This document shows, one piece after another, positions 14,415 to 22,072 of a stretch of 33,415 nucleotides of DNA (positions are counted from its first letter, which is position 1; the number at the start of each line of letters is the position of its first letter). The stretch is from an uncultured virus (IMG/VR IMGVR_UViG_3300011785_000001) (lineage: Duplodnaviria > Heunggongvirae > Uroviricota > Caudoviricetes). The translations under genes and the position numbers were made by a program. Location: the IMG/VR virus record IMGVR_UViG_3300011785_000001, positions 62,001 to 95,415 of that record. One strand, 5' to 3'. The notes beneath the pieces are model-generated. The model was given only the letters and a program-made list of their open reading frames with translations, searched no databases and had not been told where the DNA came from.

Positions 14415-15713
14415 TTAAACTTCTCTTATGACTAAGTTAGTTGTATCACCTAATACCTCTAAGTAACTATCTTTTATCTTAGAATACAGTTGATCTTTAT
14501 ACTTCTTTTGAATAACAAAGCTATCATGGTAACATAGTACAACAATCCCTTTCTCTGTAAAGTGATCAATAACTAATGTAGCAATAGAAGCATCAATGTA
14601 TTGTAATTCACCATACAACTGTTCAGAGAATAAGTATTCCTCAATAAACGGATTATGTTCAACAAAACATTCAATCATGTACTCAGCACTAAGATGTGAT
14701 AATCCATACTCTTTAAGTTTTAATCTAATACCTTTTATAGCACTCGCTTTATTCTTAGAGAAGAGCAGGGGAAACAACATACCTTTAGTGAAGTCTCTAC
14801 TCACCCCTAACTCAATCAGCTTCGGAATAGTATAAGAATCAAAATCATCTGGTAGAGTGATTCCATCTAACGTACTAAGGAACGTACAATGAGCTGATTT
14901 AATATCTAACTCTACTGTTTCTTCTCCATCAATCTTAATGGTCTTTCTACACTCACTTGGTAACGTCTGGAATACAGATTTAGTGTAATATCTTCCACAA
15001 GTGTGAAGATTGTTCTGGAATCTACGTTTGTAGATAATATTGTTACACTCTTTATCCCCATCACCTAAATCAATGGTTATTTTGTGTTTCTCAATAAGGC
15101 TGTTATAAGCCTTTAAGTTTCTCTTTAATTCGGTAATACCTGTCATGCCTCTGGTCTCTTTAAATACAATTGATTTACGTTTGTTCATCTGTCCTGTAGA
15201 CACATTATAAGATTTAGTAACAACTGTTAGTTCATCATTAACAACCTCAATATCATCTTTAGGTTCTTCTCGTCTAGCACCTTGAGATTTTAACAAGGGG
15301 ATGTTGAGAAGATTCAATATTTTTTCATTGATAATTACAGCACTAAGTTCACTGTCTACGTTCTTGTGATAAAACCCTAAGTAGAACTTTATAAAATCTT
15401 CACCATGTAAAATACACAGTAACTCTTTCATCCTTCTTGATGACAGTTTAACATTGAATCGTTTGTTTGCGGAAGAATAGTGATGATCATTAAATGAAAT
15501 TCTATACCCATCTGTACCATATCTAATTGCCTGACCAATGTGTGTAAGGACAACCCAAAGTTCTTGTTCAAATTTCTTACCAACAATATCAATAAGGGTT
15601 TTGTGTGCAGATTTCAAACAAGTGTCTTTTCTCCATATTAAGAAAGAGAAGTATTCTAAGTTACAGATGATACTGTTACGCTCCTCTTTCGGTATCTTTT
15701 TTAATTCAATCAT
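14415..15713 (-). CDS. Minimal superfamily-A / T7-RNAP-like polymerase (TV-Pol-like)
   Basis: CGRYY (cf. T7 RNAP DxRGRxY), IDGEETVELDIKSAH (motif A), RDFTKGMLFPLLF (motif B), LQYIDA, CYHDSF (motif C). Confidence 0.75.
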   Translation of the reverse strand: MIELKKIPKEERNSIICNLEYFSFLIWRKDTCLKSAHKTLIDIVGKKFEQELWVVLTHIGQAIRYGTDGYRISFNDHHYSSANKRFNVKLSSRRMKELLCILHGEDFIKFYLGFYHKNVDSELSAVIINEKILNLLNIPLLKSQGARREEPKDDIEVVNDELTVVTKSYNVSTGQMNKRKSIVFKETRGMTGITELKRNLKAYNSLIEKHKITIDLGDGDKECNNIIYKRRFQNNLHTCGRYYTKSVFQTLPSECRKTIKIDGEETVELDIKSAHCTFLSTLDGITLPDDFDSYTIPKLIELGVSRDFTKGMLFPLLFSKNKASAIKGIRLKLKEYGLSHLSAEYMIECFVEHNPFIEEYLFSEQLYGELQYIDASIATLVIDHFTEKGIVVLCYHDSFVIQKKYKDQLYSKIKDSYLEVLGDTTNLVIREV

Positions 15714-15744
15714 ACATGTCGCTAGACACCCTCCTCAACAAACC

Positions 15745-15948
15745 TTATAAATTCTCTCTAATAAACCTAACTAACCTTTCATCTTGATCATCACCACATT
15801 GATTGCAGATAGATTCAACTACGTTAATCTTCTTACCATTTCTACGTTCTATTACTTTAATAACGCTAGTAACGTACACTCCATTGCAACCTTCGACTAA
15901 GCATTTCTCTATGTTACTCAAGATATTACTCCTCACCAAACCATTCAA
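15745..15948 (-). CDS. Small Zn-ribbon-like protein
   Basis: CLVEGC...CNQC; true start probably a TTG shortly after GAGGAG. Confidence 0.6.
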   Translation of the reverse strand: MNGLVRSNILSNIEKCLVEGCNGVYVTSVIKVIERRNGKKINVVESICNQCGDDQDERLVRFIRENL

Positions 15949-16138
15949 TAAAAATCATTAAACACTCCTTATGATAATAGTATTCTTTCGATGTTACGAA
16001 ACATGCTCTGCTACGCAACATCCACGCCTTATCATATCCACCAAAGTCAGCAATATAATTGATTGCTTCTTCCAGACTAGGTTGTTCATAACCCATCTTA
16101 ATATCCTCAGCAATAATATTATCAAACAATAAACTCAT
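15926..16138 (-). CDS. Hypothetical protein
   Basis: 70-aa ORF in packed run. Confidence 0.65.
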   Translation of the reverse strand: MSLLFDNIIAEDIKMGYEQPSLEEAINYIADFGGYDKAWMLRSRACFVTSKEYYYHKECLMIFIEWFGEE

Positions 16139-16340
16139 AACCAGTAAGTTTAACCAAATGCTCTACATGAAACCCACCATAATAATTTGTGCTGATGATA
16201 CCCTTTGGATTTAACTCATTATCAATATCAACGTACTTACCATGTGTCGGAGTGTGTGCGATATTCTCACTTAACCATTTCAGAGTAAACTCAATACCGT
16301 GTTTGTTTATAAACTTCTTTGCTTTACCATATCCACTCAT
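16122..16340 (-). CDS. Hypothetical protein
   Basis: 72-aa ORF, GAGGAGG SD, ATGA overlap. Confidence 0.7.
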   Translation of the reverse strand: MSGYGKAKKFINKHGIEFTLKWLSENIAHTPTHGKYVDIDNELNPKGIISTNYYGGFHVEHLVKLTGYEFIV

Positions 16341-16540
16341 TCATAACCCTCCTCAAAATCCCTACAACTCTCACACCACTTCTCTCCAGCATATTGATAC
16401 GCTTCACATAACATTTCTTGTGCTGAATCAATTAAACCTTGTAAGTGTTCATCAGCTTCTTGATGGTGTCTTACATTGTCCTCTAACGTATTCTGAATAA
16501 CATGAATACGATCCATAATTTCATACCAATCATAATTCAT
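16337..16540 (-). CDS. Hypothetical protein
   Basis: 67-aa ORF, AAGGAG SD, ATGA overlap. Confidence 0.7.
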   Translation of the reverse strand: MNYDWYEIMDRIHVIQNTLEDNVRHHQEADEHLQGLIDSAQEMLCEAYQYAGEKWCESCRDFEEGYE

Positions 16541-16854
16541 TCTTTAATCTCCTTAATAATCTTACTCATATTTATTGAGTAGTATTTCTTTAAGTTGTGA
16601 ATCTTGTTTCGTAGAGTATTCAACTCCTCCAAGTATTCTCCTTGAAACTCTAGCAGATTCTCTAGTTTATTTATGTCATCAGACAACAACAAACCTTTAA
16701 CATGGTAGATACTGTCGTAATCATTATCTAGGAATACATGTGTTTTCGGATATAAATTATGTAAGTCAGTAATCGTGTGTATCTCTGGACGAAACTCTGT
16801 CTTACTTGGTGTCATATAAACCAAACAGTATTTACCAATTAAATCTTTAGTCAT
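16537..16854 (-). CDS. Hypothetical protein
   Basis: Start reassigned to MTKDLIGK (AAGGAG SD, just after upstream stop). Confidence 0.7.
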   Translation of the reverse strand: MTKDLIGKYCLVYMTPSKTEFRPEIHTITDLHNLYPKTHVFLDNDYDSIYHVKGLLLSDDINKLENLLEFQGEYLEELNTLRNKIHNLKKYYSINMSKIIKEIKE

Positions 16855-16855
16855 T

Positions 16856-17215
16856 TTAAAACATCTCCTTAAAGTTTTTAATATAAGTTTCAATATTCTT
16901 TTTACCAATAGGATTTTTACTGTGAACCACCACATTAAGATGATCAGCTGGAATGTTGTTATCAATAAAGAAATCTACAAGCCATTTTGTAAATGTGTAA
17001 CCAGTAAGCTCACCATTCTCATTAAACTCTTGTAAGTCGTGGTCTAAGCTAAACAAGGTATTCTTGAAATCAATAACATCTTTATATCGAACAATCTCCT
17101 CAATCATTTGAGATGATGTTCTAAAGGTTCTAAACTGTTCAACATTATCAGGATAACTTACCCAATTTACATCAGTGTAGTTCCTTTCATCATCTAAGAA
17201 ATAACAAACTTTCAT
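16856..17215 (-). CDS. Cyclic-phosphate-processing receiver domain (cREC-type) protein
   Basis: FLDDER ... SLDHDL ... TGY ... VHSKNPIG signature. Confidence 0.8.
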   Translation of the reverse strand: MKVCYFLDDERNYTDVNWVSYPDNVEQFRTFRTSSQMIEEIVRYKDVIDFKNTLFSLDHDLQEFNENGELTGYTFTKWLVDFFIDNNIPADHLNVVVHSKNPIGKKNIETYIKNFKEMF

Positions 17216-18111
17216 TTTAAAACATCTCCTTTACTAACGCCTTTCATCTTTAACATCTTAGCAAGAGTTGGATTGTTTAACAAGTGATCAGGAATACCTT
17301 TTGTCGCATTAGGGTTTCCTTTCATACCATCTTCCCAACCTTTAATCATACTCTTAGGGATGAACGGCTCTTTATTCAATTGTTCATCAAGACGTTTCTG
17401 TTTCATGTGTTCAGCGTACAAGTGTTTTGGAATCCATTCTTGTTTCTTAGGTTTCTGTAGGATGTTCTCATTGCTCGTATTTGACATTTTATTTGGTTCG
17501 TGTACGTATGTACCACCTACATCTGTATTCGAGCTATTAGGTGCTGTTTTTAAGCTCTCATGTACATATCCAACAACGATTTCACCAATCTCAATAAAAT
17601 CTCGTTGTTTTGGTTTTAAAACAATTTCTTCATCTAAATTAAAATCTTTTTCGCTGTTAAGATTATTTTTAGATTTAATTAAAGATTCTTTTAGATTCTC
17701 TGTCCCAAATTTACCACCGTTACTAGGAAATTCCACACCGTTTATTGGTAAATTTACCACTGTCTCTTTGTAAATTTCACCATGTTTCTTTGTAGATTCT
17801 TTATCCTCCTGTGGATAACTTTCTTGATTAACAGTGTCAACGTTAATCTTTAAGACTCGAACTTGATTAGTTCCACCTTTACGTTCACCTGTGTCAGATA
17901 TAAGACCTAGAGTAATAAGGTCATTAATCGTGTTCATAACAGTCTTTCTATCCATACCTGTATCCTTAACAACTCTTGCAATTGATGGGAAGCAAGTGTT
18001 CTCTTTATTTGCACGATCTGCTAAAGCTAAAAGAACAAGACGTTTAGCACTTCTCTTAGTTGTTTTTGATAAGTCACATTCCCAAGCAAAACGTGTAGCA
18101 TTAACACTCAT
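17212..18111 (-). CDS. HTH_36 winged-helix replication-initiator-like protein
   Basis: A..FAW...KRLVLLALADRAN....CFPSIAR...DTGMDRKTV...I..L...GLI.DTGERKG.T.QVRV N-terminus typical of temperate-phage initiators; internal direct repeats. Confidence 0.8.
   Translation of the reverse strand: MSVNATRFAWECDLSKTTKRSAKRLVLLALADRANKENTCFPSIARVVKDTGMDRKTVMNTINDLITLGLISDTGERKGGTNQVRVLKINVDTVNQESYPQEDKESTKKHGEIYKETVVNLPINGVEFPSNGGKFGTENLKESLIKSKNNLNSEKDFNLDEEIVLKPKQRDFIEIGEIVVGYVHESLKTAPNSSNTDVGGTYVHEPNKMSNTSNENILQKPKKQEWIPKHLYAEHMKQKRLDEQLNKEPFIPKSMIKGWEDGMKGNPNATKGIPDHLLNNPTLAKMLKMKGVSKGDVLK
17660..17793. repeat. Iteron-like array (4 x 21-22 bp) plus adjacent AT-rich AGATT repeats
   Basis: Units at 17707 AAATTTACCACCGTT, 17728 AAATTCCACACCGTT, 17750 AAATTTACCACTGTC, 17772 AAATTTCACCATGTT; AGATT at 17660, 17671, 17683, 17693. 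Confidence 0.7.
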
Positions 18112-18141
18112 TGTGAATCTCCGAATATTTAAAGTGTGTTA

Positions 18142-18170
18142 AATTTACCACTGTTATATAAGAAAGTAAA
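18142..18170 (-). promoter_or_regulatory. Putative promoter of the HTH_36 gene overlapped by an iteron copy
   Basis: TTTACT-17 bp-TAAATT with extended -10 TGn; 18140-18154 is identical to 17749-17763. Confidence 0.55.
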
Positions 18171-18199
18171 TCGTATTTAGGAAATAAAAAACTTTTGAC

Positions 18200-18235
18200 A
18201 AAAAGAAAACCCACCAAGATTGCTCTCAGTGGGTT
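18200..18235 (-). terminator. Rho-independent terminator ending the structural/lysis operon (GCAA loop)
   Basis: AACCCACTGAGA-GCAA-TCTTGGTGGGTT-TTCTTTTT. Confidence 0.85.
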
Positions 18236-18301
18236 GTGTTTGTTTTTCTAGATTTTAAGTAGCTGTTAATTATTGATAATCAACCCTACTAAATGCTCCA
18301 C

Positions 18302-20734
18302 TCATACTAAATTTATTTGACCTAAACTATAGACATCAAAGAAGAACTCCCCTACTGTACTGCCGACAGGGGTAGCCACCAAATTATTACTCTGACCACT
18401 GAATGTAAAGCTCGGATACGATGTGCCAGCGCCACTTGTCATACCATCTTGTGAAATTAACTTAACAGAGACATCTGTGCTTGCTGGTGTTTTAGTAACC
18501 ATTAATAAATATGTTGCTGTATTGACGGTATATAATGTACTAGCTGGTCGCAATGGGGCTGCACGTACAAACAACATGGCAGAGTATGTATTTGTGTTAC
18601 TTGCCCCGCTAGATAAACTGAATATATTTTCTGGTGTTAGCGAGGTAAATGTAGCAGACTTCTTAAAGGTGCTAAGAGGATTACTGAATACACCTTGACT
18701 ACCATTTGGACCGTATATAGCTTTAGTGAAACTACACTTATTAAGATCAACAGTGCAATTTGTATACGATCCTGCGGTATATACTGAAACAGAGCCATTT
18801 ACCATAATCTCATAAAATTGGTTCACTGTTAGACTAACATAGCTTGTATTGCGTTGCTCTACACGCAACGTACCATAACCTGATAAACTCCTATCATTGT
18901 CATAACCCACACAGTTATTTAACTGCATAGATAGACCCTTATATGTGAATGTTGCATCCAATTCGGCACTAGCAACTAAATACCAGCCTGACTGCTTATT
19001 ATACTCTGCGCCACAGCCATTCATAACAACACCATTGATGTTATTCATTCTATAGCCATACAGGTTAGAGTCGGAGGCACATGCGTTAAATACAGAGTAC
19101 GTCATACTCTCGATATAGAAGCCAGAGGACGCATTATCTAAAGCGTAAGCATTTTCAAAATAGCATGATGTGTGATTACCGCGAAATCTATAGCCATCAC
19201 CACCATTCTTTGCTCTACAATGACGAATTGTGGTCATAAATTGACCCAGAAAGTCATAGCAGCTACCCAATACATCTCTCGATTGCACTCGATCAATCAC
19301 TAACTGGCAGTTGGTTCTCGTGGATCGGAACACAACACCATGCCTAGCTTTCTTATTGCCTTGCACGCAAATATCCTGCATACCACAGTAATTGATTTCC
19401 TCAAATACAAGTACATCTTTATCAGTGACTTCGGATGTGTTCCAGTACAGTGTAGTATTCTGCATACCATCTCCAACAATAGTAACAGACGCCAACTTTT
19501 CGTTGGAATTAGTACGCACACGTATCGTATCTGATATAACATAGTTACCGCGTGGGAACTTTACAATCCCACCTGTAATAGTTGCAGATTGAGTTCTAGA
19601 AGCATCAAATGCACGTTGGATAGCATCAGTGTTATCCACACTCCAACCCGCAACAGCACCAAACCAAGTGACATCATAATAACCTAGTGGAGAGTTACGC
19701 TTCCAACGCCGACCCAAAATATCCACAATAATAGTGCCACCGTTATCTGCACTTGTAGTGTCATTAGCATCCAATACAAAATGCCCTGCGATACCTACGC
19801 CCACCACTTCTACTGTAATGCCGCCACCTTTATACTCACGCAACATTGTATAATTCGAGAGTACAACTTTAGCCGTCTCTAAAACCCACCCAGTCATATC
19901 TACATTCGGGTTTGCAGTGTTCCCAACTACTGTGCTTTTTACAACATCACCGTTATCAAGTCGCACTCGCTCATAAAGTGCATAGCTTTTACCTTGCTTA
20001 AATGGCAGCGATGTATATTCCGAAATAGTTTCAACGTAACTTCCGCTAGGATAACTCTTACCTGTCGCTACAGCACTACCACCAACATTCTGATACTCAG
20101 TAGCAACAGTGCTGTCATCCGCAGAACGCACATTGAAATATGCACCATCAGAAACACCTGTAATTGGGTCAACACCAGCTTCTTTTGTGTAATATGTCGG
20201 TAGAGTTACAACCTTAGAAACCGAATCAGGATTCCAGCCAGAAATCTCAACATATTTATTACCACCCCAACGCCATGTTTTATTAGTATCTGTTGTAACG
20301 TAGATTTTCCCACTTTCCCCAACCATAGGTAGATTAGGTGTAGTAAACTCTAAAACATCATTAAAAGAACTCGGTATTTGGTTTTCAGGAATAACACCAT
20401 TAACAAGATCAGCTTTTTGACTTAATGCTAGAGTTGTTTCAGAGCGAGTGTAAACACTTGTCTTATCAGCTTTTAAATCCAAGTTGGTGTCAACGTAGGT
20501 TTTATCAGCTTTTAGGTTTAAGGCTGCTTGTTGTGCTGTACTCACAGGTTTGTCTAGGTCAGATGTGTTGTCTACACTACCCAAGCCAACAAGTTCTTTA
20601 CCAACATCCTGAAAAATGTGATCTTTAATTTGATCAACAGATATTGCATAATCACCACGACCACCTGTAGGAATTTTTTCTGTTCCCTCAACATTAGGTA
20701 GTAAAGGTGCATCAGAGATTCTTAATGTAGACAT
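18302..20734 (-). CDS. Tailspike / capsule depolymerase (pectate-lyase-3-like beta-helix)
   Basis: N-terminal VGLGSVDNTSDLDKPVSTAQQ and LKADKT repeats; VTWFGAV...DNTDAIQRAFD...G.VKFPRGNY.IS beta-helix entry; Asn/Gly ladders. Confidence 0.88.
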   Translation of the reverse strand: MSTLRISDAPLLPNVEGTEKIPTGGRGDYAISVDQIKDHIFQDVGKELVGLGSVDNTSDLDKPVSTAQQAALNLKADKTYVDTNLDLKADKTSVYTRSETTLALSQKADLVNGVIPENQIPSSFNDVLEFTTPNLPMVGESGKIYVTTDTNKTWRWGGNKYVEISGWNPDSVSKVVTLPTYYTKEAGVDPITGVSDGAYFNVRSADDSTVATEYQNVGGSAVATGKSYPSGSYVETISEYTSLPFKQGKSYALYERVRLDNGDVVKSTVVGNTANPNVDMTGWVLETAKVVLSNYTMLREYKGGGITVEVVGVGIAGHFVLDANDTTSADNGGTIIVDILGRRWKRNSPLGYYDVTWFGAVAGWSVDNTDAIQRAFDASRTQSATITGGIVKFPRGNYVISDTIRVRTNSNEKLASVTIVGDGMQNTTLYWNTSEVTDKDVLVFEEINYCGMQDICVQGNKKARHGVVFRSTRTNCQLVIDRVQSRDVLGSCYDFLGQFMTTIRHCRAKNGGDGYRFRGNHTSCYFENAYALDNASSGFYIESMTYSVFNACASDSNLYGYRMNNINGVVMNGCGAEYNKQSGWYLVASAELDATFTYKGLSMQLNNCVGYDNDRSLSGYGTLRVEQRNTSYVSLTVNQFYEIMVNGSVSVYTAGSYTNCTVDLNKCSFTKAIYGPNGSQGVFSNPLSTFKKSATFTSLTPENIFSLSSGASNTNTYSAMLFVRAAPLRPASTLYTVNTATYLLMVTKTPASTDVSVKLISQDGMTSGAGTSYPSFTFSGQSNNLVATPVGSTVGEFFFDVYSLGQINLV

Positions 20735-20755
20735 TCTTCTTGTCTCTCCTAGTTT

Positions 20756-21328
20756 TTATTTTAAAAATAATTGTCTTTCTTTTGTTCTACGATTAACTAA
20801 GCCTTGCAGAGTTCTTCCACCAGCTTTATTCCAGACAAGGAATTGGTCAGCAGCACCCTTATAGTCTTTAACGTTTAGCTTCTTAAGTAATGTTGATTTT
20901 GAGAAAGCACCACTACCGATGTTGTATACAAGGGATGTTAAAGCATCGAATTGATTCTGTGTCAGTGGAACTTTAACAAGAGAGTTTACGTCATCTTCAA
21001 ATTTACTTAAATCGTGGCGTAGGTATTGTTCAGCTTGCTCTAGTGTGATCTCATCACCACGTTTAACTTTGCTACCGTTTGGATAGACTGTCGTACCATA
21101 ACCAATTGTGAATACGCCCACCCCATCATCGTAAGCTGAGAGTCTTAAGCCTTCAAACTCTTTGATGATGTTTAAATTTTTTGTTTTCATCTCTTTTTCA
21201 CCAGCAACCTCTAACATCTCACGAACCATGTTTTCATCAAAGCTAAGAAGTTTATTTGTAGCATCCACCTGTTTTTGAGAGAGCTTTCCACCAGACATTT
21301 CTCTTAATTTGTCGAAAACATCTTTCAT
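20756..21328 (-). CDS. Endolysin, GH24 phage lysozyme
   Basis: IKEFEGLRLSAYDDGVGVFTIGYGTT (E-8-D-5-T), LTQNQFDAL.S.VYNIG, W.KAGG..L.GL..RR..E..LF. Confidence 0.95.
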   Translation of the reverse strand: MKDVFDKLREMSGGKLSQKQVDATNKLLSFDENMVREMLEVAGEKEMKTKNLNIIKEFEGLRLSAYDDGVGVFTIGYGTTVYPNGSKVKRGDEITLEQAEQYLRHDLSKFEDDVNSLVKVPLTQNQFDALTSLVYNIGSGAFSKSTLLKKLNVKDYKGAADQFLVWNKAGGRTLQGLVNRRTKERQLFLK

Positions 21329-21606
21329 TTCTTTACACCTTTCATTCTTTCCAGTCGTTTCAGTTTCCTACTTCTTCGTGTATATTCATGTGCAAGGTAC
21401 TTAAAACCAAAAACAGTCAACGCTACCACAATCAGGAAAACTAGGAGTTGTGCATAATACGATAGTGCAACTAAGCAAATAGCTAATACTGTTCGTAGGA
21501 GGACATTAACAGGATGGTCTGAGAATACTGGGGTGAGTTCGCAAGCAAAAAGGAGTACAGCTTGAATGATTAGGCATATTTGAATAATTGAAATATAAAT
21601 TAACAT
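21325..21606 (-). CDS. Putative holin/antiholin
   Basis: Two to three TM segments, very basic C-terminus, ATGA overlap with endolysin. Confidence 0.65.
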   Translation of the reverse strand: MLIYISIIQICLIIQAVLLFACELTPVFSDHPVNVLLRTVLAICLVALSYYAQLLVFLIVVALTVFGFKYLAHEYTRRSRKLKRLERMKGVKK

Positions 21607-22035
21607 TTAAATACCCTCATCTCTATCTTTGTTTTTAGATTTGAATTTACCTGTTAGTTTATCTACAATACCTTCCACCATATCTGTAATCCCTGAAATA
21701 ACAATGTTTAACCAAACATCAATATTCTTCATAAATAAATCTAAAATCTTTAGAGCAGATAAACCACACAAGATATAGATTAAAAAACTAAATCCGTAGA
21801 TACTTATATTTAGTATTTCAATAACACCGCTACCTAAAGCACCACCCATTGCAATACCAACAAGGATTGCAAAAAAACCTATTAAAGAGATGATAAACTT
21901 TTCAACAGTTCTTTTATCACTCCATACAACATCTTTTCTACGATACCATACAGCTAAAGCACTACCGATAAGGGTTGGAAGCAACCAATGTAATACTGCT
22001 ATAATTGCTCCAATTCCTGTTGTGTTTGCTTCCAT
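21607..22035 (-). CDS. Putative holin
   Basis: Three hydrophobic segments, charged C-terminus, in lysis cassette. Confidence 0.7.
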   Translation of the reverse strand: MEANTTGIGAIIAVLHWLLPTLIGSALAVWYRRKDVVWSDKRTVEKFIISLIGFFAILVGIAMGGALGSGVIEILNISIYGFSFLIYILCGLSALKILDLFMKNIDVWLNIVISGITDMVEGIVDKLTGKFKSKNKDRDEGI

Positions 22036-22072
22036 TTCTCTTCCTTATCTTTGTTGTAATTTTGGTTAAAAA

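Noticed and set aside
17707..17793. Repeat array as a mini-CRISPR
   Set aside because: Units are near-contiguous with ~22-bp period and no unique 30-bp spacers; no cas genes
18195..18225. Plus-strand TTGACA as a promoter
   Set aside because: No -10 at 16-18 bp; overlaps the minus-strand terminator tail
2350..19542. Nested minus-strand ORFs 2350..2535, 9195..9440 and 19300..19542
   Set aside because: Alternative frames within larger genes, with no supporting SD or motif
20405..20520. ATCAGCTTTT direct repeats in the tailspike
   Set aside because: Explained by KAD protein repeats of the coiled stalk; not CRISPR-like or iteron-like
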